From an uncultured Actinomycetota bacterium (GTDB lineage Bacteria > Actinomycetota > Actinomycetes > Streptosporangiales > Streptosporangiaceae), in NCBI GenBank assembly GCA_963771985.1, contig CAVYVO010000032.1, positions 5,019 through 69,018 on the forward strand: a stretch of 64,000 nucleotides of DNA. Direction: 5' to 3'. A model generated the notes under the pieces. That model searched no databases. It saw only the letters and a program-made list of their open reading frames with translations, and was not told where the DNA came from. Positions 17,122 through 26,195 of the stretch are shown here, in pieces. The number at the start of each line of letters is the position of its first letter. The first letter of the stretch is position 1. The position numbers were made by a program, and so were the translations under genes.

Positions 17122-19116
17122 ATGTCGGTCACGGCGGATAAGCTGTTCGTTTTCGCGGGGGCGGGAATTTCGCTATCCATGCCGGCTGGCTTGCCGATAT
17201 TCGACTCGCTCCGCGATGAGATTCTGCGCCAACTTAAGCTCGGCCGGTATATCCCCGGTCAGGACGGTAACCCTGGGGCCAGCGAGGAGTGGCGGGATGT
17301 GGCCGCTGGCCTGGTGCCCGAGCCGTTCATGCTGGAGCTATCCCGGTCCGGCATCAATGTGGAGTCATGGCTGGGCACGGTGCTGTCGGCGGGGCGCCCG
17401 AACGCGGCACACCACGCGCTCGCGCAGCTGGCCGCCAACGGCGCCCGGGTGTGGACGGTCAACTTCGACTCCCTGATCGAGGACGCGCCGGGGCAGGCGC
17501 TGACAACCCTGGCGTGGCCGGCTGACCCGGCGCCGGGCGCGGAGCTGATGAAGCCCCACGGGTCGGCGGGCGGCAAGCTGATCGTGACCGCCGAGCAGGT
17601 GCTCGCCGGTCTCGATGACAAGTGGCTGGAGCGGCTGCGCGAGGATACCGACGGCCGGACGGTGGTGTTCGCCGGCTACCGGGGCCGTGACCTGGACTTC
17701 CAGCCTGTCTGGGACAAGGTCCTCGGCGACGCGCCAGAGGCGGTGTGGTTCGACAGATGGTCTGACGGTGAGATGGCCGAGGCGGGTCACAAGCGCCTGC
17801 TGCTGCGCCGGGCCGAGGAGAGCGGCAGGCTGACGCTGGCGCCGCCCGCGCCGCTCCCGCCGGGCGCGCCGCCCGGCGCGGAGCCCAACCCGTCATGGGA
17901 CTTCGTCTCCTGGTGCCAGGACCGCGGCCTGGTCGATATACCTCCGGATCTGGTCCGGCAGCTTTTCGAACAGCGGCACCCGGTGAACTATCCGCCACTG
18001 CCGGGCGGCACCGTGTGGGCAAGGCCAGCCGTTCAGGGATTGCTCGGCGACTATAAAGGCGCCCGCGTCAGTTACCTGCGGGCGGCCTTCCGACCTGGCT
18101 ATCAGCGGCGAGCGGCCACCGCGCTCGCGACGTCGTTCATCAATCACGGCGGCGACGCGATGGCGGCGCTGCTCGCCCCGGCCACGCGACTGCCTGCCAG
18201 CGGGCGCCTTGCCGGAGTCCGCGAAGGTGCGCAGCGCAAACGGCTGACCGCCTTGTCGCACACCGGACGCTACGGCGCTCTGCTGAGCGCCACCGAGGCG
18301 CTGCCGCCTGACACCGTCTCCACCTACCTGATCCTGCGTTCTCAGGCGCTGCGGATGACCGGCTCTTTGACCGACGCCGCGGAGATGGCCCGTGCCGCGC
18401 GTGAGCAGGCGGAAGACGAAGGGCATCCGGTGCGCACCGCCCATGCCGCCTTCCAGCAGTGCATGGCTTTGCTGTGGGCAGATCGCCGCGCGGAACTCCG
18501 TACGTGCCTGGATGAACACCTCCGGCAGTACGCGCCGCTGGCCGCCAACCGCTGGGTCGCCTGGACCGGCTTCATCGACGGCGGCCTGGCCGTCCACGAC
18601 GGCGATGCCGGCGACGCGATCAAGAGCTATCACGACGCCGAGACCAGGTTCAGGGCCGAGGCCCTGCTGGATGGGGTGGTCAGCGTCAAGACCGCCCGGC
18701 TGGCCGCCCACCGGCTCCGCGATGACGCCGCCGCCTACACCCGTGAGCTGGAGGAGGTGATCAGGCTCAGCCGCGGCGGCGCCCGCGGCCAGCGGTACTA
18801 CACCCGGCGCAACGCCTTCACCGCCGAGTCCATCGACAACGACTATGCGGAGTTCCTCCGCTGCAGCCGGGCAGACCTCGACGGTTCGTGGACCGTATAC
18901 GAGCGTACGGCTGCCTCCCGCTATCCCTTGCAGTCCGCCCTAGGTCACCTCGGCCTGGCGCTCATCCAGGCCAGCCGCGGCGAGACACCCTCACATGCCG
19001 CCACGGCTGCCGGCAAAGCGGGCGCGATCGGCTGCGAGCTCATCCTCGCCCGGTCTCGCGAGTTCCTCGCCCAGCCTCGGTCGGCCGACGCCGTGCGGCA
19101 GGTCTTCTTTTGCTAA
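17122..19116 (+). CDS. SIR2-domain (SIR2_2-type) protein with a C-terminal helical/TPR-like region
   Basis: FAGAGIS..GLP, PNAAHHALA, WTVNFDSLIE, KPHGS, VFAGYRGRDLD; Ala/Leu-rich helical repeats in the C-terminal half; GGGGAG RBS. Confidence 0.88.
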   Translation: MSVTADKLFVFAGAGISLSMPAGLPIFDSLRDEILRQLKLGRYIPGQDGNPGASEEWRDVAAGLVPEPFMLELSRSGINVESWLGTVLSAGRPNAAHHALAQLAANGARVWTVNFDSLIEDAPGQALTTLAWPADPAPGAELMKPHGSAGGKLIVTAEQVLAGLDDKWLERLREDTDGRTVVFAGYRGRDLDFQPVWDKVLGDAPEAVWFDRWSDGEMAEAGHKRLLLRRAEESGRLTLAPPAPLPPGAPPGAEPNPSWDFVSWCQDRGLVDIPPDLVRQLFEQRHPVNYPPLPGGTVWARPAVQGLLGDYKGARVSYLRAAFRPGYQRRAATALATSFINHGGDAMAALLAPATRLPASGRLAGVREGAQRKRLTALSHTGRYGALLSATEALPPDTVSTYLILRSQALRMTGSLTDAAEMARAAREQAEDEGHPVRTAHAAFQQCMALLWADRRAELRTCLDEHLRQYAPLAANRWVAWTGFIDGGLAVHDGDAGDAIKSYHDAETRFRAEALLDGVVSVKTARLAAHRLRDDAAAYTRELEEVIRLSRGGARGQRYYTRRNAFTAESIDNDYAEFLRCSRADLDGSWTVYERTAASRYPLQSALGHLGLALIQASRGETPSHAATAAGKAGAIGCELILARSREFLAQPRSADAVRQVFFC

Positions 19117-19859
19117 ATGGGAGCGGACGCTGTGTCCCACATCGCCTCGAAACGGGCGACCCAGTAGCCGAACCAGCGCGGCGAGTCGGCCTTCCGGATC
19201 ATAATGTGCATCCGGTCGGCGATGTTCTCGTCCTTGAACCCGTGCGATTCGAAGATCACGTAGCCCCCGGGATCGTTGGCGTTGACGATGACCAGGCTGA
19301 AGCCCGGATTGAGCGGCAGCTGGCGGAAGCTGAACCCCGGCTCGCCCGTGAGCTTGGCCAGGGTGGCCAGCGAGTTGCGCAGCGCGTGCTCGAGGTCCAG
19401 GTTGTCATCGAGCTGGATCGCGGCCAGGTCCAGGGCCTCCCGGCTGTCGGACTGCACGATGACACGGACCTTGCCGCCCGTATGCAGCACGAAGCGGCGG
19501 ATATCGGCGGCATGCACGAGTACGCCGACGGCGGTGGGCCCGTACATCCGCAGGTCGCGCACCCCGGGCAGCAGCTGGCTGAACGCGCCGAAGCTATCCC
19601 GGCCGCGGAGCACCTCGTCGAGGGACTGCTGCTTGCGGTCGCCGAGCTCCGTGGCGGTGTGGAAGACCAGGAACGTCAACGCGAGGAGAATCGCGCTCAG
19701 CATGATCTGGCCGTTCACGACCCCCGCGAGCCCGAGGGCCACGAGCACGACGCCGACGAGGAATAGCGCGTACGCCTCTCGGTGCCGCCCGTCGCGGATG
19801 TCCTCGAGCGCCTGTCGTGATCTGTCCTTTATTCCAGACACCTGGCTCGCCTCCATCAT
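19113..19859 (-). CDS. Two-TM protein with a DUF5919-like (degenerate PLD-fold) soluble domain
   Basis: TM pair YALFLVGVVLVALGLAGV / IMLSAILLALTFLVF, then an alpha/beta domain (VRVIV..; NPGFSLVIVN..YVIFE..; WFGYWVARFEAMW). The domain name is inference. Confidence 0.6.
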   Translation of the reverse strand: MMEASQVSGIKDRSRQALEDIRDGRHREAYALFLVGVVLVALGLAGVVNGQIMLSAILLALTFLVFHTATELGDRKQQSLDEVLRGRDSFGAFSQLLPGVRDLRMYGPTAVGVLVHAADIRRFVLHTGGKVRVIVQSDSREALDLAAIQLDDNLDLEHALRNSLATLAKLTGEPGFSFRQLPLNPGFSLVIVNANDPGGYVIFESHGFKDENIADRMHIMIRKADSPRWFGYWVARFEAMWDTASAPI

Positions 19860-19982
19860 TACGGCATTCCGCGCGATCGCGACAGTAACCTTAAATATAA
19901 TCGCGGCGGCTTTCTCTTCTTTTCGCGACAGATCTCACATGCCGCCCGCGGGACGGGCGCGGTGGGCAGGGGGGTAGCAACG

Positions 19983-20801
19983 ATGGCGTCGCCGTGGAAC
20001 AGTCTGCAGGTCGCGACCCTCGGCGTCCAGGCGCTGACCCCGCTGGTCGTCGCCGGCGTCGGATACTTCGTGGCCAGGACCAGCCGTCGCATCGAAGAGG
20101 TCCAATGGGCGAACCAGACCGTCGTCACCCGCCGCCTGGAGATCTTCGCCCAGGTCGCGCCCTGGTTGAACCAGCTGTTCTGCTTCGCTACCTTCGTCGG
20201 CGGCTGGAAAGAGACCCAGCCCGCGCACGCGACCAACCTGAAGCGAAAGCTGGACGAGACTATGTACGCCAACCGCGTACTATTCTCGGACGCGCTATTC
20301 GACGCCTACCGTGAATTCACCGAAGCGCTCTTCGACATGTACGCGTCCGTTGACGCCGACGCCCCGCTGCGCGTACCGATTAGCTGCCACCTGGGGGACC
20401 GGCGCAATATGACCTGGTGGGCCCCCGTGATGGAAGCCTTGTTCACCACGACGAACACGGTCAGCCGGGAACACGTGCAGGCCACGTACTACAAGCTGGA
20501 AGAGCGCTTCCGCGCGGACCTGTACGTCGACCACGAGGGGCACCAGAGCGCCGGCCGGGCCGCGCCGACCGGCACCGCGAACACGCCCAGGCGGACCCCG
20601 ATCTTAGGTGTTGGTTATGGATCCCGCGGCGGCTGTGCATGGACGCCCCGTTCCGTGGCATGCTTACCGGCGTGGAAGGAAAGACGAGCCGCAGGGCCTT
20701 CCTCGGTTTGGCCACGGCAGGCGTGGCCGCCGGGGTGGCGGCCGGCGCGGCGAAGATCTTCGGGCCCGCCGCGGCGGACTCGCGGCATCCGGCCGCGCTG
20801 A
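19983..20801 (+). CDS. Hypothetical protein with an N-terminal TM helix and a helical domain
   Basis: WNSLQVATLGVQALTPLVVAGVGYFV..RRLEIF..LNQLFCF..GGWKE. The protein-like composition ends near 20540 and the tail overlaps the next gene, so the true 3' end is uncertain. Confidence 0.65.
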   Translation: MASPWNSLQVATLGVQALTPLVVAGVGYFVARTSRRIEEVQWANQTVVTRRLEIFAQVAPWLNQLFCFATFVGGWKETQPAHATNLKRKLDETMYANRVLFSDALFDAYREFTEALFDMYASVDADAPLRVPISCHLGDRRNMTWWAPVMEALFTTTNTVSREHVQATYYKLEERFRADLYVDHEGHQSAGRAAPTGTANTPRRTPILGVGYGSRGGCAWTPRSVACLPAWKERRAAGPSSVWPRQAWPPGWRPARRRSSGPPRRTRGIRPR

Positions 20802-22243
20802 ACGCCACCCGGACGTGGCGCCGCCCGGTTCCGGAGAACTCGCTGCCCGGCGACCCGCACTGGGAGATCCGTCATCTGGGCGGCGAGCACGAGATCGAGG
20901 GGTACGCGGGCAAGGCCAGCGTGCTGACCGGCGAATCCTTCCCGCTGTTCGTCTCCACTCAGTCATCGGGGTTCCGGGTGACCGCCTTCAGGCTCGGCTG
21001 GTACCAGGGCGACGGCGCGCGCAAGGTCTGGCAGTCAAAGAGCCTGCGCGGCGGCGCCCAGAAGAGCCCGGCGCTCACCGCCGCGACCAACACGATCTAC
21101 ACGGACTGGGATCCGGTCGTCGAGGTCCCTGCCGACGACTGGCCCGCCGGGGCGTACCTGCTCCGGCTCGACGCCGACTCAGGCGCGCAGCGGTACGTGC
21201 CCGTCACCGTCCGGTCGGCGAGCACGGCCGGCAAGGTCGTGCTGAAGAGCTGCGTGCAGACCTGGCAGGCCTACAACATGTGGGGCGGCTACGACCTGTA
21301 CAAGGACGCGGCGGGCGCGTACGCCAACCGGTCGCTGGTGGTCAGCCTGGACCGGCCGTACGACGACAACGGCGCCGATTACTTCCTCACCTACGAGCGC
21401 AACGTCGTCAAGCTCGCCGAGCACATGGGCTTGCCTCTGGCGTACGTGACCAGCATGGACATCGCGGCGGACCCGCATCTGCTGGACGGGGCGAGCGCGC
21501 TGATCTCCATGGGCCACGACGAGTACTGGACCCCGGAAGAGCGCGCCAACGTCACGGCCGCCCGGAATAAGGGAGTGAACCTGGCGTTCCTGGGCGCTAA
21601 CGCCGTCTTCCGCCGCACCCGGCTGCAGTCGAGCTCGCTCGGCTCCGCCCGGCAGGTCGTCTGCTACAAGACCGACTACACGCAGGATCCGATGTACGGC
21701 AAGGACGACGCGCTGGTGACGAGCGACTGGCGCGAGCCGCCGGACGCGGACCCGGAGTCCTCGCTGATCGGCACGATCTACGAGGGGTACCCGGTGGACG
21801 CGCCGCTCGTGGTATCGAGCGCGAAGAGCTGGGTGTTCAAGGGCACCGGCGTCCCTGACGGTGCCAGCTTCCCGCACCTGGTCGGCATCGAGTACGACCG
21901 GGTCGACCCCGCCTACCCGCTGCAGCGCCCGATCGAGGTGCTGTCCCATTCGCCGCTGACCTGCCAGGGCGCGAGCAGCTACGGTGACTCCGCCTACTAC
22001 ACGCATTCCGGCGGCGCCGGCGTCTTCAACAGCGGGACGATGCGCTGGGTGGAGGCGATCTACGGCGACCAGCCGCACGGCATCACCGGCAAGACCCCCG
22101 ATTTCGTCCGCCAGGTGACGACGAACGTCCTGCGCGCCTTCGCCGACGGCCCGGCCGCCGCCAAGTATCCCGCCCACGACAACCTGGCCGCGATCCGCGA
22201 ATACGCCGGCGACCCGGTAGGCAACTCCCAGAATTTGCAGTAA
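20660..22243 (+). CDS. Tat-exported N,N-dimethylformamidase beta-subunit-like (DUF6605) protein
   Basis: Tat motif SRRAFLG; TWQAYNMWGG, VSLDRPY, GHDEYWT, GVNLAFLGAN, GVFNSGT. Confidence 0.85.
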   Translation: MLTGVEGKTSRRAFLGLATAGVAAGVAAGAAKIFGPAAADSRHPAALNATRTWRRPVPENSLPGDPHWEIRHLGGEHEIEGYAGKASVLTGESFPLFVSTQSSGFRVTAFRLGWYQGDGARKVWQSKSLRGGAQKSPALTAATNTIYTDWDPVVEVPADDWPAGAYLLRLDADSGAQRYVPVTVRSASTAGKVVLKSCVQTWQAYNMWGGYDLYKDAAGAYANRSLVVSLDRPYDDNGADYFLTYERNVVKLAEHMGLPLAYVTSMDIAADPHLLDGASALISMGHDEYWTPEERANVTAARNKGVNLAFLGANAVFRRTRLQSSSLGSARQVVCYKTDYTQDPMYGKDDALVTSDWREPPDADPESSLIGTIYEGYPVDAPLVVSSAKSWVFKGTGVPDGASFPHLVGIEYDRVDPAYPLQRPIEVLSHSPLTCQGASSYGDSAYYTHSGGAGVFNSGTMRWVEAIYGDQPHGITGKTPDFVRQVTTNVLRAFADGPAAAKYPAHDNLAAIREYAGDPVGNSQNLQ

Positions 22244-22289
22244 AAGACCAATCATCCCGAACGGTCGCGGCTTGCTCTAGCGTGGAAAC

Positions 22290-22565
22290 ATGAGCAACCT
22301 ACCGGGTCCGGTCCCCACTCCTCGGTATCTCAGCGTTGTCGGCGCCTCTTTCGACGTGGCACGCGCCATGGGGCACTCCTACGTCGGAGTCGAGCACCTT
22401 TTCCTGGCGATGATCCGCGATCGCGCCGCCGTCCCGACCCAGGTGCTCGCCGGCATGATCAACCTGGACGCGGCCGGATCCGCGCTGCTCGAGCTCATGA
22501 ACTCGGACGGCTACAAGGCCAGCGCGGCGAACGTCCTCCGCCAGGACGACCCGCCGGCCACGTAG
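22290..22565 (+). CDS. Stand-alone Clp N-terminal domain protein
   Basis: ARAMGHSYVGVEHLFLAMI. Confidence 0.8.
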   Translation: MSNLPGPVPTPRYLSVVGASFDVARAMGHSYVGVEHLFLAMIRDRAAVPTQVLAGMINLDAAGSALLELMNSDGYKASAANVLRQDDPPAT

Positions 22566-22667
22566 CCCGCCCCGGTCCCGGAACAGGTCGCCCGGCGGGA
22601 GGTCCGCCACTGTGGCCTGTGTGACGGCGGGTGTCTGCGCCGAGGCTCGCAGCCAGGATGCCAATGT

Positions 22668-22686
22668 GCCGATTGCGCAATCGACC
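22668..22686. repeat. REP-like palindrome, copy 3 (single unit)
   Basis: GCCGATTGCGCAATCGACC between convergent genes. Confidence 0.65.
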
Positions 22687-22734
22687 CAAAGGGGGTGCGG
22701 GCGCCGGGCGGGTAGAAGCGGGCGGGCGGGCGGG

Positions 22735-24651
22735 TTAGGAGAGGGCGTCTAGCAGGGGGGCCAGGGCGGCCACGTCGTCGTCGGGGGCGGCGAGCAGGAC
22801 GCCGCTGACCAGCGGGCGAGCCTGGGCCAGCAGGCCGGTCGCCAGCTCGATCCCGGCCGCGCGCGCCGCGCCGCGGCCCGCCTTCTCCAGTGCCTCGAGC
22901 GTCGCGGCGGGGATGGTCACCCCGGGGACCTCGTGCGCCAGGTAGTCCGCGTCCTCGAACGAGCGCAGCGGCGTGACGGAAAGCAGCAGCGGCACCCCGG
23001 TCCCGTCCAGCGCCTCGACGAGCCGCTTCAGCGACTCCAGCTCATACACCGGGCGGCTGATGAGGAACTGCGCCCCGGCGCGGATCTTGGCGTGGGCACG
23101 CGCGATCTCCGCCGCGGCGTCCCGGGCGCCGGGGTTGACCCGCGCCCCGATGCAGAACGAGGTCCGGGCGGTCAGCGCGAGCCCGTTGGAGTCGCGCCCG
23201 GCGTTGAGCCCCGCGAGCAGCGCGGTCAGCCCGACCGAGTCCACCTCCCAGGTGCCGTCCACCGCCGGGTAGTCGCCGAGCACCGGCGGGCTCCCCGTCG
23301 TGGACACCACCGAACGGATGCCCAGCGCGTGCGCGCCGAGCAGATCGGCCTGCAGCGACATGATCGTCTTGTCCCACGCGGTGACCGTCGCGATCGTCTC
23401 GACGCCGACCCGCTGCTGCAGCTGCAGGGCCATGTTGAGCGAGTCCATGTGGGTGCGCGCGTTTTCCCGCGGCTGCACGACGATGAGCCCGATGCCCTGC
23501 GACTGGAGCTGAGCCGCCGCCTGCTCGGCGTCGCCCGCCCAGCCGCCCGCCGGGGGCGCGACCGCGGCCGCGACCACGAACTCCCGCGCGGCCAGCTGCT
23601 CGGCCAGGGTGCCCGCCGCCGGGCGGGCCAGGCTGTCTGGCAGGGCGGGCGCGACCGCGGCGCCGGCCCGGGCCGACTGCGACCGCCGGGGCCGCACGGC
23701 CTCGGCCGCGGCCCGGATGTGCGTCGGCGTGGTACCGCAGCAGCCGCCCACGATCGTCACCCCGGCGTCGGCGAACCGGCCGAGGTAGCGGGCGAAGTAA
23801 CCGCCGTCGATGCTGAACTCGAACGAGCGCGGGCCGACCCGGCGCGGCTGCCCGGCGTTCGGCTGCGCGCTGACCGGCACCGACGAGTACCGGACGAGGT
23901 CCTCGGCGACGACGAGCATCCGCTGCGGTCCCACCGTGCAGTTGGTGCCGAGCACGGCGACCGGCATCGCGGAAAGCACGGAGGCGACCTCGCGCGGCGT
24001 CTCGCCGCCCAGGGTGTGCGCGTCGTCGGCGAACGTAGCCTGCGCGATCAGCGGCAAGGGCGGGGCGCCGGAAGAGGAGGTCACCGACGCGGCGACCGAC
24101 ACCGCCTCGACCAGCTCGTCCAGGTAACCGAACGTCTCCAGGATCAGCAGGTCGACCTCGCCGTCGGCGACCAGCGCGAGGATCTGCTCGCGCAGCACTT
24201 CCATCCGTTCGGCGGAGCCCACCCGGCGCCGCTGCAGCGCGGTCACGGCGGGTGAGACCGAGCCCGCGACCAGGACGGGGCGGCCGGCCCGGCCGGCGGC
24301 GGCCCGGGCGAGCCGGATGCCGGCCCGGTTGATCTCGTCCACCTTGTCCGGGAACCCGTGGTCGCCGAGCCAGAGCCGGTTGGCGCCGAACGTGTTGGCC
24401 TGGATGATGTCCGCGCCCGCGGACAGGTAGCTGTCGTGGATGGTCTCCACCAGGCCCGGGTCGGACAGGTTCAGCTCGGGCAGCGACCGGTCGAGCGCGG
24501 CGCCCGCCGCGTGCAGCATGGTGCCCATGGCGCCGTCGCAGACGAGCACCCGCTCGCCGGACAGCAGCTGCCTTGCCTGCGTGCTCTGCTTGCCCGCGGG
24601 GGGACGACCCCCCGCACCCCCCGGTACAGACCCACGAGGTTCCCCGTTCAT
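22735..24651 (-). CDS. yitJ: Bifunctional homocysteine S-methyltransferase / methylenetetrahydrofolate reductase (YitJ-like)
   Basis: DGAMGTML, GTNC, QPNAG, VGGCCGTTP, followed by an MTHFR-like barrel (LQADLLGAHALGI, TG.PP..GDYP, KIRAGAQFLISRPVY). Confidence 0.88.
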   Translation of the reverse strand: MNGEPRGSVPGGAGGRPPAGKQSTQARQLLSGERVLVCDGAMGTMLHAAGAALDRSLPELNLSDPGLVETIHDSYLSAGADIIQANTFGANRLWLGDHGFPDKVDEINRAGIRLARAAAGRAGRPVLVAGSVSPAVTALQRRRVGSAERMEVLREQILALVADGEVDLLILETFGYLDELVEAVSVAASVTSSSGAPPLPLIAQATFADDAHTLGGETPREVASVLSAMPVAVLGTNCTVGPQRMLVVAEDLVRYSSVPVSAQPNAGQPRRVGPRSFEFSIDGGYFARYLGRFADAGVTIVGGCCGTTPTHIRAAAEAVRPRRSQSARAGAAVAPALPDSLARPAAGTLAEQLAAREFVVAAAVAPPAGGWAGDAEQAAAQLQSQGIGLIVVQPRENARTHMDSLNMALQLQQRVGVETIATVTAWDKTIMSLQADLLGAHALGIRSVVSTTGSPPVLGDYPAVDGTWEVDSVGLTALLAGLNAGRDSNGLALTARTSFCIGARVNPGARDAAAEIARAHAKIRAGAQFLISRPVYELESLKRLVEALDGTGVPLLLSVTPLRSFEDADYLAHEVPGVTIPAATLEALEKAGRGAARAAGIELATGLLAQARPLVSGVLLAAPDDDVAALAPLLDALS

Positions 24652-25943
24652 TGTGCCTCCGGCAACGCGTCCAGGATTTCGAGCGCCACCTGCGCGATCA
24701 GCCGGTCCCGGTAGTTGTCCAGGTGCAGGCCGGTGATCTCCTCGATCCGCTTGATCCGGTAGGCCACCGTGTTCGGATGGACGTGCAACAGCCGCGACGC
24801 GCGTTGCGGGCTGTTATTCTCCCGGAAGTAGCAGGCGAGCGTCGACAGATACTCCGATTTGTGCTCGTGCTCGTGCTCGCTCAGTTTACCCAGGACCTCG
24901 GCGGCGAACGACCGCAGCTCGCCCAGGTCTGGCACCTGGAGCAGCAGCCGGTGGATGCCGAGGTCCTCGAACGCGGCGACCGCGCCGGTCCGGCCGAGCC
25001 GCCACAGCGTCTGCGTGGTGCGGTGCGCCTGGTCGTAGGACCGGGCGATCTCCTCCGGGTCACGGCAGACGCCGCCGATCCCGATGACCACCTTCGCCCC
25101 GGGGAAGAGCTCGGCGAGCCTGGCCAGGCACGCCGAGCCGAGCTTGCGCGGGTCGGGCACGGCCGCGGTCACCACGACCACCTCGGCCTCGCGCGCGGAG
25201 ACGATCGCCTCCGGCGCCCTGGTGGTCATGAAGTGCTCGATGCTCTCCCTGATGCGCTGCCGCAGCGCCTCGGCGTCCGCGGCCCGCGACGGCGGCATCT
25301 CGAAGGCGATCGCCGCGACGTTGTGCTGGCGGGTGGCGTCGTAGCCCAGGTGCCCCGCCCAGCGGGCGGCGTCGCCCGCGTCCCGGCCGCGGCCGAGCAG
25401 CAGCCCCTCGACGAGGTCGTCGCGGACCCGGCGGGCGGCCGCGGCGACCACCCGCTCGCGGCCGAGGATGACGCCGCAGATCGTGGCGGCGTGCTCGGTG
25501 ACGAGCAGCGACATGTCCTCGCCGAACGACTCCTCCGCCGGGTCGAACGTGATCAGGTACGACGGCACCTCGTCGCCGACCAGGATGGGCGCGACGATGA
25601 TGGCGGGCACCCCGCCGACGTTGGGCAGCCGCAGCGCGCGCTGCGAGAGCCGGGAGGCGCGCAGCACCTGGCCGAGCCGCGGGTGCACCACGTGGTCGCG
25701 CACCAGGGCGGCCGCCTTCTCCGGAGGGAGACCGGGCGAGGCGGCGGTCTGCACGTCCATGAGCTGGCTGACGACCGCCACAGTCGCCGACGCCCGTTCC
25801 GAAATAAGCTGAACTACACCCGCGAGATCGGCGTCTTGCATGGCGAGACCCGACAGGTGCCGGTAAACGGTCACCAGTTCGCGCAGGACAGCGTTCTCTC
25901 TGTCCACGTCCCGGGGGTTCGCTACCACGTCCAACATGGTCAC
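24648..25943 (-). CDS. PucR/CdaR-family transcriptional regulator
   Basis: C-terminal HTH ASRLLHVHPNTVAYRIKRIEEITG; GGDEF-like middle domain; ATGA overlap with yitJ. Confidence 0.9.
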   Translation of the reverse strand: MTMLDVVANPRDVDRENAVLRELVTVYRHLSGLAMQDADLAGVVQLISERASATVAVVSQLMDVQTAASPGLPPEKAAALVRDHVVHPRLGQVLRASRLSQRALRLPNVGGVPAIIVAPILVGDEVPSYLITFDPAEESFGEDMSLLVTEHAATICGVILGRERVVAAAARRVRDDLVEGLLLGRGRDAGDAARWAGHLGYDATRQHNVAAIAFEMPPSRAADAEALRQRIRESIEHFMTTRAPEAIVSAREAEVVVVTAAVPDPRKLGSACLARLAELFPGAKVVIGIGGVCRDPEEIARSYDQAHRTTQTLWRLGRTGAVAAFEDLGIHRLLLQVPDLGELRSFAAEVLGKLSEHEHEHKSEYLSTLACYFRENNSPQRASRLLHVHPNTVAYRIKRIEEITGLHLDNYRDRLIAQVALEILDALPEAQ

Positions 25944-26195
25944 TGTGTCTTCTACTCCTTTGTGGGAGCCCACAAAGGAGTCTCTACCACTCCTCGCGGC
26001 CTGTGGAAACCCTACACAAGGAAGTCGCCGGAAAGACACCGGTCCGACTGTGGCCGCCCACAGTCGCGGCCGCGATTGTTTGGCGTGACAACCCTGGCGG
26101 CGCTCGTATCGCGGACTGTCATGTTACGAGGACTTGACGTACGCTTGTCGACGGCGCAAATAATCAGGCACTTTCATACGGAAGGGGCTCCGGCG

